Source of the DNA: Candidatus Woesearchaeota archaeon
Lineage (GTDB): Archaea; Nanobdellota; Nanobdellia; Pacearchaeales; GW2011-AR1
Length of the DNA: 64,000 bases
Direction of reading: 5' to 3'
Assembly (NCBI GenBank): GCA_964538235.1
Contig: CAZIFJ010000001.1
Location: 31,348 to 95,347, forward strand
Shown: positions 18,681-28,980 of the stretch, in pieces
How positions within the stretch are numbered: position 1 is the stretch's first letter
Layout: the number at the start of each line of letters is the position of its first letter
Notes under the pieces: model-generated
Told to the model about the DNA's origin: nothing
Seen by the model: the letters and a program-made list of their open reading frames with translations, nothing else
Database searches by the model: none
Made by a program: the position numbers and the translations under genes

Positions 18681-19118
18681 ATGAATGAAAGAGGAATATC
18701 TCCTGTTATAGCTACTGTGCTTTTAGTTTCAATGGCAGTTGTCTTAGCTTTAATAGTTTTGTTTTGGGCAAGAGGTTTTATCTCCGAAGAAATTCAAAAA
18801 AGAGGAGAGCCAATACAAAATTCTTGCGAAGAAATAGATTTTGTAGCAGAAATTTCAGATTTTAATTTAAAAGTTATAAATAAAGGAAATGTTGCAATTT
18901 ATGGAATAGAAGTAAAAAAGAAAGACTTTGGTTCTATTTCAAATTTAGATAATCAAGATAAACAAATTCCGCCAGGAGAAACATCTGAAGAAATTTCTAT
19001 CACAGGATTATCATCTGGAGACAATGTTATTGTTGTTCCTAAAATTCTTGGAGAAAAAGATGATAAAAAAATTTCATTCACTTGCGATATTGAATTTGGA
19101 TATCCAATAAAAGTATAA
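18681..19118 (+). CDS. Archaeal type IV pilin-like protein
   Basis: Class III signal ERG|ISPVIATVLLV. Confidence 0.85.
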   Translation: MNERGISPVIATVLLVSMAVVLALIVLFWARGFISEEIQKRGEPIQNSCEEIDFVAEISDFNLKVINKGNVAIYGIEVKKKDFGSISNLDNQDKQIPPGETSEEISITGLSSGDNVIVVPKILGEKDDKKISFTCDIEFGYPIKV

Positions 19119-19119
19119 A

Positions 19120-19668
19120 ATGAAAATTAAAAAAAAAGGAGTTTCAGAGATTATTGCAACAGTTGTAATTCTATTTGTAACAGTTGCCACAGTTTCAATT
19201 TTATCAGTATTTATAATTCCATTTGTAAAAAATAAATTAAACTCAAGCACAGAATGTATCTCTTATAAAAATTACTTCACATTTGACGAATCTTTTAATT
19301 ATAATTGTAATTCCAGAAATTTATACGCTTTTTCAATAAAGGCCCAGACAACAACACAAAATATTTCCTCAAATATTAAAGGTTTTGATTTAATATTAAA
19401 AGCCGAAGGTTCATCAAAAAAAATTTCTATAATTAATAATGCCGATTCATCTTGTTCAGAAAATGGAATTAAAATTCTCGGAAAATCTTGTCCATCCCTA
19501 CTAAAAGTTCCTGCTGAAGGCGAAACACAAACATTTGTTTACAACAAATCTTCAGCAGAAAAAGATTTTACTTTGGTTGAAGTTTATCCTTATTTAAATT
19601 CAGGGAAATCTTGCGAAAAATCAGATGAAATAAAAATAACTTTATGTAAGGATGTATCAATAAGTTAA
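19120..19668 (+). CDS. Archaeal type IV pilin-like protein
   Basis: KKG|VSEIIATVVIL. Confidence 0.85.
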   Translation: MKIKKKGVSEIIATVVILFVTVATVSILSVFIIPFVKNKLNSSTECISYKNYFTFDESFNYNCNSRNLYAFSIKAQTTTQNISSNIKGFDLILKAEGSSKKISIINNADSSCSENGIKILGKSCPSLLKVPAEGETQTFVYNKSSAEKDFTLVEVYPYLNSGKSCEKSDEIKITLCKDVSIS

Positions 19669-20186
19669 TGGGGAAAAAAGCACAGATTTGGATTGAGACA
19701 GCATTATACACCTTAATTGGAATTGTGTTAATAGGTCTAGTTCTCGGGTTTGTAAGCCCAAAAATACAAGAGTCAAAAGATAGAATTTTATTAGATCAAA
19801 CAATGCTTTCTCTAAATAATTTAAATAAGAACATAGATATAACTTCAAACAACGTAAGAGTTTTTCCAGTTCAAATAAAAAAAGGAGAGTTATTCATAGA
19901 TTCTAAAGAAGATAAAATAACTTTCAAGCTCGACAATATTCTCAAAGCTCCAACAGAAGAAGGATATACAATAGAAAATGGAATAGTAAAAGTTCTTTCA
20001 ACAAAAGGCAAAAAATATTACTCAGTAAATCTTACTTTAGATTATAAAGCCATTTTTGATATAAAGGTAAATAACAGAGAAGAACTTTTGAGATTAAATT
20101 CTGCTCCAGCGCCATATAAATTATCTATCTCAAATTTAGGAAAAATAGACAAACTCAATGTCATAGACATAAAAGAAATTTCATAG
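19668..20186 (+). CDS. Pilin-like protein
   Basis: KKA|QIWIETALY plus hydrophobic helix. Confidence 0.8.
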   Translation: MGKKAQIWIETALYTLIGIVLIGLVLGFVSPKIQESKDRILLDQTMLSLNNLNKNIDITSNNVRVFPVQIKKGELFIDSKEDKITFKLDNILKAPTEEGYTIENGIVKVLSTKGKKYYSVNLTLDYKAIFDIKVNNREELLRLNSAPAPYKLSISNLGKIDKLNVIDIKEIS

Positions 20187-20225
20187 TTTGATAAGTTTTA
20201 AATATAACTCTAAACTTTTTTATTA

Positions 20226-21761
20226 ATGGTATTTTCAATAAACCTTCACCCTGTAATTCCAGCTCTTCCAAAAATAAAAGATAAAAAATTAGTTAATGTT
20301 AGATATATGTTGATTCCACCTTATGCTTCCGCACATATTTATTGGAATAAAGAAATAAGCGAATTAATTTATGAAATTGAAGAACCTTTATTGCAAGAAA
20401 ACGAAAAACTTCTTTTAGATAAATTAGAAGAAGCAATGCTCGAAATTGTTAATATAAATGTAGTTATAGAAAACACAGTAGAAGCAACAATCAATTACAT
20501 TGACAAAACTGTGAAATTATTAATAGACGAATTAAATTTATCAATTTCATTTGAAACTTATCAAAAAATATTTTATTATTTATTTAGAGATTTTGTCGGC
20601 TTTAATGAGGTTGACCCCCTATTGAAAGATTATTTTATTGAAGATATTGAATGCAATGGAGTAAATACCCCAGTTTATATTGTACATAGAATTTATAGAA
20701 ATCTTAAAACGAATTTAATTTACAAAGATGGTGATAAGTTGGCGAGTTTTATTGAAAAATTAGCTCAGCGAGCAGGAAGATATGTTTCTTATGCCCAGCC
20801 ACTGCTAGACGGAACTCTTCCAGATGGCAGCAGAATAAATGCAACTTACACAAAAGACGTCACTTCAAGGGGCCCGACATTTACGATAAGAAAATTCACG
20901 CAAGTTCCTTGGACCCCGACACAGCTAATAGCATTTAATACTTTAAGTCCTGAAATGCTCGCTTATTGTTGGCTTTTAATTCAATATAAATCAAGTATTT
21001 TAGTTGCTGGCGGAACAGCTTCCGGAAAAACAACTTTATTAAATGCATTAGCATTTTTTATTCCTCCCGAAGCAAGAGTCGTAAGCATTGAAGATACAAG
21101 AGAATTAAACCTTCCAAGAGAGAACTGGCTTCCGGCCGTTGCAAGAACTTCTATCGGTATAGGAAAAGTTGGAGAAGTTGATTTATTCGCAATTTTAAAA
21201 AGTTCTTTTAGACAAAATCCAGATTATTTAATCGTTGGAGAAGTTAGAGGAAAAGAAGCTTTTGTTTTATTTCAGGGAATGGCCTCAGGGCACGCCTCAC
21301 TAAGCACAATGCACGCAGATTCAGTTGATACTTTAATTAGAAGATTACAAACTCCTCCAATAAATTTATCTCCAACATTAATCAATACTTTAGATTGTGT
21401 GGTGATAGCAACTCACGCGGTTATTAAATCTCAAGAAACAAGAAGGATAAGAGAAATAGTAGAAATAGTAAACATAAACAGAGACGGCTCTGCTTTAATT
21501 AATACTCCATTTAGATGGGACCCAAGAACAGACCAATTTTTTTCCAAGAAACAGAGCAAGTCGTTTGAGAAAATTTCGATAAGGACAGGGATATCTTTAG
21601 AGAAATTAAGACTCGAGTTTCTTGCACGCACAAGACTTTTATATGCTCTCTTCAAAAAGAAAATTTTTGATTTTGATGAAATTCAAAGAATAATAAACGA
21701 GTATTATAAAAATCCAACACAAGTTCTTAATAGATATGATATTATCGACGTAGTTCAATGA
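20226..21761 (+). CDS. Type IV pilus/secretion assembly ATPase (ArlI/VirB11 family)
   Basis: GGTASGKTT, SIEDTRE, RQNPDYLIVGEVRG, GH...STMHA. Confidence 0.95.
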   Translation: MVFSINLHPVIPALPKIKDKKLVNVRYMLIPPYASAHIYWNKEISELIYEIEEPLLQENEKLLLDKLEEAMLEIVNINVVIENTVEATINYIDKTVKLLIDELNLSISFETYQKIFYYLFRDFVGFNEVDPLLKDYFIEDIECNGVNTPVYIVHRIYRNLKTNLIYKDGDKLASFIEKLAQRAGRYVSYAQPLLDGTLPDGSRINATYTKDVTSRGPTFTIRKFTQVPWTPTQLIAFNTLSPEMLAYCWLLIQYKSSILVAGGTASGKTTLLNALAFFIPPEARVVSIEDTRELNLPRENWLPAVARTSIGIGKVGEVDLFAILKSSFRQNPDYLIVGEVRGKEAFVLFQGMASGHASLSTMHADSVDTLIRRLQTPPINLSPTLINTLDCVVIATHAVIKSQETRRIREIVEIVNINRDGSALINTPFRWDPRTDQFFSKKQSKSFEKISIRTGISLEKLRLEFLARTRLLYALFKKKIFDFDEIQRIINEYYKNPTQVLNRYDIIDVVQ

Positions 21762-21793
21762 AAGATATTTAAAGAATAAAAATTATTTTATTA

Positions 21794-21955
21794 ATGGACA
21801 AAGCTCAAATAACTGCTCTTGCGCAACTTCTCACAAGCATGAAAGATTCAATTTATAGATTAGAAAAAGCAATAGAAAAAAATAGTCTTGAGGAAGAATT
21901 AGCAGTTAAAAAAGAAATTTTAAGTTTTCAAAAAGAAGTGGAAAAAATGTTATGA
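21794..21955 (+). CDS. Small coiled-coil protein (53 aa) in the pilus locus
   Basis: Manual translation MDKAQITALAQLLTSMKDSIYRLEKAIEKNSLEEELAVKKEILSFQKEVEKML; ATGA overlap with the next gene. Confidence 0.7.
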   Translation: MDKAQITALAQLLTSMKDSIYRLEKAIEKNSLEEELAVKKEILSFQKEVEKML

Positions 21956-23253
21956 TAGAACAATTAAAAAACAACATACAGACAGAAATTAATATTTTAA
22001 GAGAAATATCAAATTTTAGCAGACTTTATGAAATATATAAAGAAAAAGAAAAGTATCTTATTTTATCTGCTATAGATGCATTAAAAAAAAGTATAAAAAT
22101 AATTAATAATTCAATTCCAGCATTATTAAGTAATACTTCTTCAACCAAAAAATTATCTACAAGTAAAAATATTAAAACTTTAGAAAAAGTAGGATTTCAT
22201 TCAGACAACACTAATTTACTAGTTACTTTAAACTCAAAAGATAAAGAAGTTTTCTTAAAGGAATTGAACATAGGAAGTTCATTAATAAAAAAATTAAAAA
22301 AAATTAAATCAGAAAATAAGCCTGATTCGGCAGAAACTTTCGAGGTCTCAAGAGGTTATCTTAAAGTTTCTAATTTAATGTTTAGAAAGTTAGCATATTC
22401 TTTAATAAAGAAAGGTTATTTTAGAGGGTTGTCAAATGAAATTCAAAAATCAAATCTAAATATTTTATTTGAAACTTATGTCTCAACAATTATTCTAACC
22501 ACTTTTATCGGCTTTATTTTTTCAATTTTTCTTTTAATATTTCTATTATTTTTTCAAATAAGTTTTAGCCCACCATATATAGAATCTTTCTCTGGAGAAA
22601 TTTTCAAAAGATTTTTTTCTCTGCTCTGGATTCCCATAGCTATTCCTTTCGTAGTTTTATTTTTAGTTTATTACTATCCTATTTCAGAAAAAGAAACTTT
22701 AGAAAGAAAAATTAATCAAGAACTTCCATTTGCAGTTATCCATATGAGCTCGATTTCTGGCTCAGGAATAGAGCCCACGGAAATTTTCAAAATTATAGGA
22801 TTAAGTAGAGAATATCCTGCTTTAAGAAAAGAAATAAGAAAAGTTCTTAATCAAGTAAATTTATATGGATACGACCTAGTCACTGCTTTAAACAATACTT
22901 CAAAAATAACTCCAAGCGTTTCTTTAAGCGAATTATTTTCAGGATTATCAACTACAATTAATTCAGGTGGAAATCTTTCAGATTTTTTTCAAAAAAGAGC
23001 AGAAACTCTTTTGCATAATTATCGTCTCGAAAGAGATAAATTCACAAAAATCGCAGAAACTTTTATGGATATTTACATCAGTGTTGTTTTAGCAACACCG
23101 ATGATTTTAATTCTTCTTTTAGTTATAATAAATGTTGCAGGAATTTCTATTGGTTTTTCTACAATTCAATTAACATTAATTACGATTTTGATAATTACTT
23201 TAATAAATATTATATTCTTAGGAGTGTTGCATGTAAAGCAGCCAGCATATTAA
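21952..23253 (+). CDS. T2SSF/TadC-like pilus platform membrane protein
   Basis: INQELPFAVIHMSSISGSG, G.DLVTAL, TPS..LSELF, SGGNL. Confidence 0.9.
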   Translation: MIEQLKNNIQTEINILREISNFSRLYEIYKEKEKYLILSAIDALKKSIKIINNSIPALLSNTSSTKKLSTSKNIKTLEKVGFHSDNTNLLVTLNSKDKEVFLKELNIGSSLIKKLKKIKSENKPDSAETFEVSRGYLKVSNLMFRKLAYSLIKKGYFRGLSNEIQKSNLNILFETYVSTIILTTFIGFIFSIFLLIFLLFFQISFSPPYIESFSGEIFKRFFSLLWIPIAIPFVVLFLVYYYPISEKETLERKINQELPFAVIHMSSISGSGIEPTEIFKIIGLSREYPALRKEIRKVLNQVNLYGYDLVTALNNTSKITPSVSLSELFSGLSTTINSGGNLSDFFQKRAETLLHNYRLERDKFTKIAETFMDIYISVVLATPMILILLLVIINVAGISIGFSTIQLTLITILIITLINIIFLGVLHVKQPAY

Positions 23254-23254
23254 A

Positions 23255-24112
23255 ATGAAATTCAAAAAAGTTCATGGGATAGGTTTGTTTGTTGGAGCTA
23301 TTCTGTTAGTATTAGATATAATTTATTTTACAGAAGAAAAAATATTTAATTTTATTCTAGGAATTTCTATTTTTATTTCTATTTTGCCTTTTATTATAGA
23401 AATAAATTTAGAAAATAAAAAAGAAAAGGAAATAAGTACAATGTTTTTAGAATTTTCTAGAAGCCTATCCGAAAGTGTTACAACAGGAACACCAATAAGT
23501 AAAAGTATAATAAACATGAAAAAGAAAAATTTTGGGGTTTTAACTCCACATATAGAAAAATTAGCAAATCAGATAGAAATAGGGATTCCTGTTCATCGCG
23601 CTTTACAAAATTTTGCATACGAAGTTGACAGCCCAACAATTAAGAGAGCAGTCGCCTTAATCAGAGAAGCAGAAAGGGCTGGGGGGGAAATAGATTATAT
23701 TCTTTCTTCTGTCGCAACTTCTATTTCAGATGTACAAAAACTTAAAGAAGAAAGAAAGGCTATGATTTATAATTTGGTTGTTCAGGGATATATAATATTT
23801 TTCATTTTTATTGGAATTATGTTAGTAATGGAATTTAAGATTCTTCCTTTAGTCTCTGACTTAAATGGTTTTGGAGGATTTGATTTATCTTCCATTCCAT
23901 CTACAACAGAAGAAAATTCCTCGAGCAATTCGAATTTAACACCCCAAGATTTAGCAACACCATTTTTATTATTATTATTATCTCAGGGTATTTTAGCAGG
24001 GTTGACCATAGGAAAATTAGCAGAGGGGAGCATAATTTCGGGTATCAAACACTCTTTTATATTATCAATGACTGCTTTTCTAGTATCAACCGGCGTTAGA
24101 GCGTTTTTCTAA
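23255..24112 (+). CDS. T2SSF/TadB-like pilus platform membrane protein
   Basis: FLEFSRSLSE..TTG, EAERAGG, G.I.SGIKHS. Confidence 0.9.
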   Translation: MKFKKVHGIGLFVGAILLVLDIIYFTEEKIFNFILGISIFISILPFIIEINLENKKEKEISTMFLEFSRSLSESVTTGTPISKSIINMKKKNFGVLTPHIEKLANQIEIGIPVHRALQNFAYEVDSPTIKRAVALIREAERAGGEIDYILSSVATSISDVQKLKEERKAMIYNLVVQGYIIFFIFIGIMLVMEFKILPLVSDLNGFGGFDLSSIPSTTEENSSSNSNLTPQDLATPFLLLLLSQGILAGLTIGKLAEGSIISGIKHSFILSMTAFLVSTGVRAFF

Positions 24113-24885
24113 TTTTTAATTATATAAAAAACTTCATTTTCTCTTTTTTCAATTTTAAAATAATATCCCAATCTGTTTAAAATTTTTTCAAACCATATTC
24201 TTTCTGGTTTTTTCATAGGTTTTCCAGAAATTTTTTTTGTGGGAAAGCTGACTATAAAATATTTACATTTTATATTTTTAAGTAAATTTTCCGCAATTTT
24301 ATGTCCTTTTTCTTCTATAATGTCTAACAATTTTAAAAGTAAACACAAATCTACTTCAGGCAAATCTAAACCGCCCTTTCTTATATCATAAAAGAAAGTT
24401 TCTCCTTCTATTTTATTTTTCTCAAAAAATTTTTTCATAATTTTAAGTTCATCTTCTTTAATATCTGAAGCATAATATTTAATTCCTCTTTTTGCAACTG
24501 CAATCGGATTCAATCCGCATCCTAAATCAAGAATAGAGCTCGGATCAAGCCCATAAATTATTTTTTTAACATCATCATAAATTTCAATTCTTTCTCTTGT
24601 TGATTTGTGAGTTTTCAGCAAATCATTTATTTTGTCTTTTTCAAGAAACTCATCTCGTTGTTTATTATTTCCTTGAAATCTTCCAGTATACTTTCTTAAT
24701 TCAGCTCTTATTTCTTTAATTATTATTTTTCTTTCTCTTTTTTTTAAATTATCTAAATAAATATTATTTTTTCTCAAATATTCATTAATTAGCTCATTTA
24801 TTAAAATTTCAGAAACTCCAGATATTTCCCTTTTTCTTTTAATTTCCTCAATAAGATTTTTCATATAATTTTTTTCTTCACTCAT
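24109..24885 (-). CDS. ArmA/Rmt/FmrO-like 16S rRNA m7G methyltransferase
   Basis: LLKTHKSTRER, SILDLGCGLNP, DLCLLLKLL, VSFPTKKISG, C-terminal NE motifs. Confidence 0.82.
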   Translation of the reverse strand: MSEEKNYMKNLIEEIKRKREISGVSEILINELINEYLRKNNIYLDNLKKRERKIIIKEIRAELRKYTGRFQGNNKQRDEFLEKDKINDLLKTHKSTRERIEIYDDVKKIIYGLDPSSILDLGCGLNPIAVAKRGIKYYASDIKEDELKIMKKFFEKNKIEGETFFYDIRKGGLDLPEVDLCLLLKLLDIIEEKGHKIAENLLKNIKCKYFIVSFPTKKISGKPMKKPERIWFEKILNRLGYYFKIEKRENEVFYIIKN

Positions 24886-24947
24886 ATTCTAACAGAGTTT
24901 TTAATTATAAAAATTTGACGTATAGCAAAAGAATTAGATAATTCTTC

Positions 24948-25112
24948 ATGTCACGAACGTTCAAACCTCGCCTTTTAAGGCGAGGCGTTCGTGAGCACAG
25001 AAAATCTTTTAGATTTTCTGTTCAGAAAAGACTTACATCTTTTCTGCATCCAAAAAACAAGCGCCGAACAAACCACGGCTTTTAAGCCGTGGTGGCGCAT
25101 TGTTTTTTTGAT
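24948..25112 (+). repeat. Nested palindromic element, family 1 copy 2 (with 51-bp double-hairpin insert)
   Basis: Matches 17539-17652 plus an insert at 24998-25048 flanked by duplicated GCA. Confidence 0.92.
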
Positions 25113-25176
25113 ATATAAAATATTTCTCTCTTTCGTATAGAGAAACTTATTTAAATTTCATTATACGATTTCCTAT

Positions 25177-25878
25177 ATGAAAAGAGGAGCAAGTCACGTT
25201 GAATTTATAATATCAAGCATTATGTTTATTAGTTTTGTAACTTTTATTTTATTTTTATTTAACATCCAAGAAAAATCCAACCCTGCAGAATTTTTATCAG
25301 AAAATATTTTCAATTCTTTAAAAGAAAATTCATCTGTCAATGTAGAGTATTATTATGTTTCTATAGATTTAACTGCAGTTAATAATAAACCATCAATTCA
25401 AGTTTCTTTAAACAGCATGCCAATAAATAATTTTGTCAGAGTAGAAAATTACTCTGGAGCAGTTTTACCATCAAAACTTGATGGTAATAATATAAAAATA
25501 GAACACTTAGATAATAATTTAATTATAATAATGCTTAGCGAAGATTTTCTTCCATTTAGTGGAAATGTAAATTCAGATTTTTCCAATTCCGGTTATTCAA
25601 TCATCTCTTCCAATTCAGAAAGAATTATTTCAGAAAAAAGAATTTTAAAAATAGAAGACTTATATTATTTAGATTACGTTTCTCTCAAAAAAAATTCATT
25701 CAAGCTCTTGGGTAATTTAGATTTCTTGTTCAAATTAGAATTTTTCCCTTCTAATTTTATAGAAGCAAAAATGAATATTCCTGAAGGGGTTGACATTTTT
25801 TCTCTTAATGAAAGAATTTTTGTTTTAAGATCCGATGGAACTAGAGCATCTGCTGATATGGAGGTAAAAGTATGGTAG
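25177..25878 (+). CDS. Pilin-like protein
   Basis: KRG|ASHVEFIIS plus hydrophobic helix. Confidence 0.75.
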   Translation: MKRGASHVEFIISSIMFISFVTFILFLFNIQEKSNPAEFLSENIFNSLKENSSVNVEYYYVSIDLTAVNNKPSIQVSLNSMPINNFVRVENYSGAVLPSKLDGNNIKIEHLDNNLIIIMLSEDFLPFSGNVNSDFSNSGYSIISSNSERIISEKRILKIEDLYYLDYVSLKKNSFKLLGNLDFLFKLEFFPSNFIEAKMNIPEGVDIFSLNERIFVLRSDGTRASADMEVKVW

Positions 25879-26306
25879 GAAAAAATGGCGTCTTGAGGGT
25901 ATTAGAAACCACAATAGCAATATTAATAATTTCCTCAGTAGTGATCTTTTTTTCAGTTAGAACACAAAATGAAAACGATTTACATTTAGATAAAATAGCA
26001 CCACCCTTACTAGAAGAAATATCAAAAAATACAAGTTTAAGAGATATTGTAATTTCTTCAAACCAAGAAAATAAAAAGAATAATGAAAAAATTATAATTG
26101 ATTTTATTTCTCCAAAGATAAAAATTGGAGGAATAAATTATACTGTTAAAATTTGCGAATTAAATGATATTTGTGTTATTGATACACCGATTGATTCTTT
26201 TGATGACATTTATGTTTCGGAAAGAGTAATTAGTGCAACACCTTTAGTTGGTTTTAATCCAAAGATAGTTAAAATTTTTCTCTGGCGCTCAAAGCCAAAA
26301 CCATAA
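25872..26306 (+). CDS. Pilin-like protein
   Basis: KNG|VLRVLETTIAILII. Confidence 0.7.
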   Translation: MVGKNGVLRVLETTIAILIISSVVIFFSVRTQNENDLHLDKIAPPLLEEISKNTSLRDIVISSNQENKKNNEKIIIDFISPKIKIGGINYTVKICELNDICVIDTPIDSFDDIYVSERVISATPLVGFNPKIVKIFLWRSKPKP

Positions 26307-26343
26307 ACACTAAATTTTTAAACAAAATTAGTTTAGCTTATTT

Positions 26344-28959
26344 ATGAAAAAAAGAGTTTTTTTGGTGTTTTTCTTATTTATTTTTTTATCAAATTTTTCT
26401 TCAGCAGATTTTATATATTTTAATAATTCTATTGAAAAAGTATATTCTTCTGGAGATAATGTTGCAGGTTTTTTTAATATAAGCTTTAAAGATGCAAAAG
26501 CAGATTCTTTATTGACTTCCAATTTTCCTGGAAATATTTCTCTTTTAGAATTTTTAGAAATTCAAGATCTAACTTTAAATGAAGATTATAATTGTAGTTT
26601 AAAAGATTGCTTAGATTCTTATTCTTCAACAAATACGATTTCTTCTTTAAGCGTAACTGGCGAGTCTATTTTAGGATTTAAATTGGAAGGTGAAGAAGTT
26701 CTTGTAAGGGATATTAAGCTGAAGATTGAAAGCGATTCTCCAAATTCTTGTTTAAATCCCCTCTCAATTAATATTCCTGAAAGTTTTCAAAAAATAACTA
26801 GTGATGTTTACACTCAAAATACTTGCTTTTCTAAAAACTATGGTTGTTTTTCTTCTTCAAATTCTTATCAAAATGTTACTATATCAAATACACAAATTTG
26901 CGAGAAATTAACTTTGCCTCCCGCTCCGGCATATAAATTAGGGGCGAAAATTACAAACAGCACAAAAGGTATTGCTACACTTTCAATGACTCTATATACA
27001 ACCCAAGGCTCGCTTTTAGAAAAATGCAATCTACCAAATCATATAGAGAAAACAGAAGAATTATCTTGTATAGTCAATCATCGCTCTTCAATTTCACAAG
27101 AGTATTTAGTTTGTGTTTTATCCAATATCCCATTTTCTTCAACAAGCCCAGATTATACAATTCGCTCTGAAACAAGCTCTCCTGTTTGTGGCTCAAACGA
27201 TTTAGGAGATACTTTCAAAAAAGATTATGAAATTTTTGCTCAATCAATGGAGTTCGGAAAAATCTCCATTCAAATTTTAGACTCTTCAAAATTTTTCTCT
27301 CCAGATAAATTATCTTCTATTTTTCAAGATTATCTTGAAGAAAAATATAATTCATTTTGTAAACCATTTTGCATAGTTCCTATTAAATTTTCTGGAAACC
27401 CTCAAAACTTGATTTTTTCTGATATTAACTTGGCATATTTATCTGATGGTGACGCAACATCAACAAACTCACTTTATACTACCTCAATACAAAAACCAAA
27501 AATAAATTCAAAACCTATCCAATTAGACTTATCTTTAATTAATTTTACAATTGACTCTCCAACAAAAAAAGAATTTATTTTATATTTAGACGATGAAATA
27601 ATATTCCAGCAAAAAATAAATATTTCAGATAGTTTTCAATTTGATATATCTCCTAAATTTGCTCTCCACGGCATAAACACGATATTTTCCATCAATTTAA
27701 ACAAAAATATTAGCAAAATTTCAGTGGATTTTGGAGATGGAGTTTCATCAGAATTTTTAACAAAAAATTTCTCTCATTCATATAAATCTCCAGGAAATTA
27801 TAAATTGATTGTTTCTGTAAAAGACTCACAAGGTTTAACTTCTATTAAAAAATTTAATATTTTTGTTGGAAATCCAAAAGAATCTGCATCAATAAAAATA
27901 GCAGACTTTGAATCAAAAATTTCAAATCTTACTCAAAAAATATTATCTTATCCTTCATGGATTCAAAATAATATAAAAAATACGATTGAATTAGAAGAAT
28001 TAAAATCTTCTATAAAAAAAATAAAAGATGATTTTAATTCTTCAGAATCAGATGAAGATTATATTTCTGTTGTTGAAGGTTTATTAAATCTATATATACC
28101 CTATTCCATATCAACAACTCAATCTGGAGAAATTCCTTTAATAGCAGGTTTAGATTCAATAAATTCAGATTACATAAAATCCATTTCTAATTTTGAAGGC
28201 GAAATTTCCGATGAATCTTTCAAGTCTTCAGTTTCTTCTTGGATTACAGAGAATTTTGATGCACAAATTTCTTTCCAAACAATTTCATCTTTTTCAGATT
28301 TAGAAATATCTCCATTATTAACTTCCTTTAAAATAGATTTAACAAAACTATCCTCTGATACAGAGATAGCATATTTAATTATTGATAGACCATTTGATTC
28401 CATAACTTTTTTAAAAGATTACGGCCAAAAATTAATTGAATCCGCAACTTATATTCCAATAAAATCTTCTTTATCCATAGAATTTTTAGCTGAAGATGGA
28501 GAAGACTTTTCAAGTCTTGGATTTTATCTCTCTCCCGACATTCAATTTTTAGAAATCTTTCCAGTAGAATCTGAAATAGAAGAGTTTGAAAAGAAATATC
28601 CAATCGGAAGAGTATCTATAATAATTTCTATAATTTTCTTTTCTTTTCTTGTAATTTATATAATTTTACAAGAATGGTACAAAAAGAGATACGAATCTTA
28701 TTTATTCAAAAGTGCTGAAGATATATATAATCTAATTAACTTCATTTCAAATGCAAGAAAATCTGGTTTAAATGATTCAGACATAAGGATAAAATTATCA
28801 AGAAACGGTTGGAATAATGAACAAATAACTTATGCTTTCAAAAGATTTGATGGAAAAAGAACAGGTATGTTTGAAATTCCTTTATTCAGATTTTTAGAAC
28901 AGAAAAAAATTAAATCAGAACTTGAGAAAAGAAATTTTGTTAGAGGAAAGATTTATTAA
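26344..28959 (+). CDS. PKD-domain cell-surface membrane protein
   Basis: Signal peptide; VDFGDG...SHSYKSPGNY...VKDSQG PKD motif; C-terminal TM and cytoplasmic domain. Confidence 0.8.
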   Translation: MKKRVFLVFFLFIFLSNFSSADFIYFNNSIEKVYSSGDNVAGFFNISFKDAKADSLLTSNFPGNISLLEFLEIQDLTLNEDYNCSLKDCLDSYSSTNTISSLSVTGESILGFKLEGEEVLVRDIKLKIESDSPNSCLNPLSINIPESFQKITSDVYTQNTCFSKNYGCFSSSNSYQNVTISNTQICEKLTLPPAPAYKLGAKITNSTKGIATLSMTLYTTQGSLLEKCNLPNHIEKTEELSCIVNHRSSISQEYLVCVLSNIPFSSTSPDYTIRSETSSPVCGSNDLGDTFKKDYEIFAQSMEFGKISIQILDSSKFFSPDKLSSIFQDYLEEKYNSFCKPFCIVPIKFSGNPQNLIFSDINLAYLSDGDATSTNSLYTTSIQKPKINSKPIQLDLSLINFTIDSPTKKEFILYLDDEIIFQQKINISDSFQFDISPKFALHGINTIFSINLNKNISKISVDFGDGVSSEFLTKNFSHSYKSPGNYKLIVSVKDSQGLTSIKKFNIFVGNPKESASIKIADFESKISNLTQKILSYPSWIQNNIKNTIELEELKSSIKKIKDDFNSSESDEDYISVVEGLLNLYIPYSISTTQSGEIPLIAGLDSINSDYIKSISNFEGEISDESFKSSVSSWITENFDAQISFQTISSFSDLEISPLLTSFKIDLTKLSSDTEIAYLIIDRPFDSITFLKDYGQKLIESATYIPIKSSLSIEFLAEDGEDFSSLGFYLSPDIQFLEIFPVESEIEEFEKKYPIGRVSIIISIIFFSFLVIYIILQEWYKKRYESYLFKSAEDIYNLINFISNARKSGLNDSDIRIKLSRNGWNNEQITYAFKRFDGKRTGMFEIPLFRFLEQKKIKSELEKRNFVRGKIY

Positions 28960-28980
28960 ACTTCTATCTTTCTAAAATAT

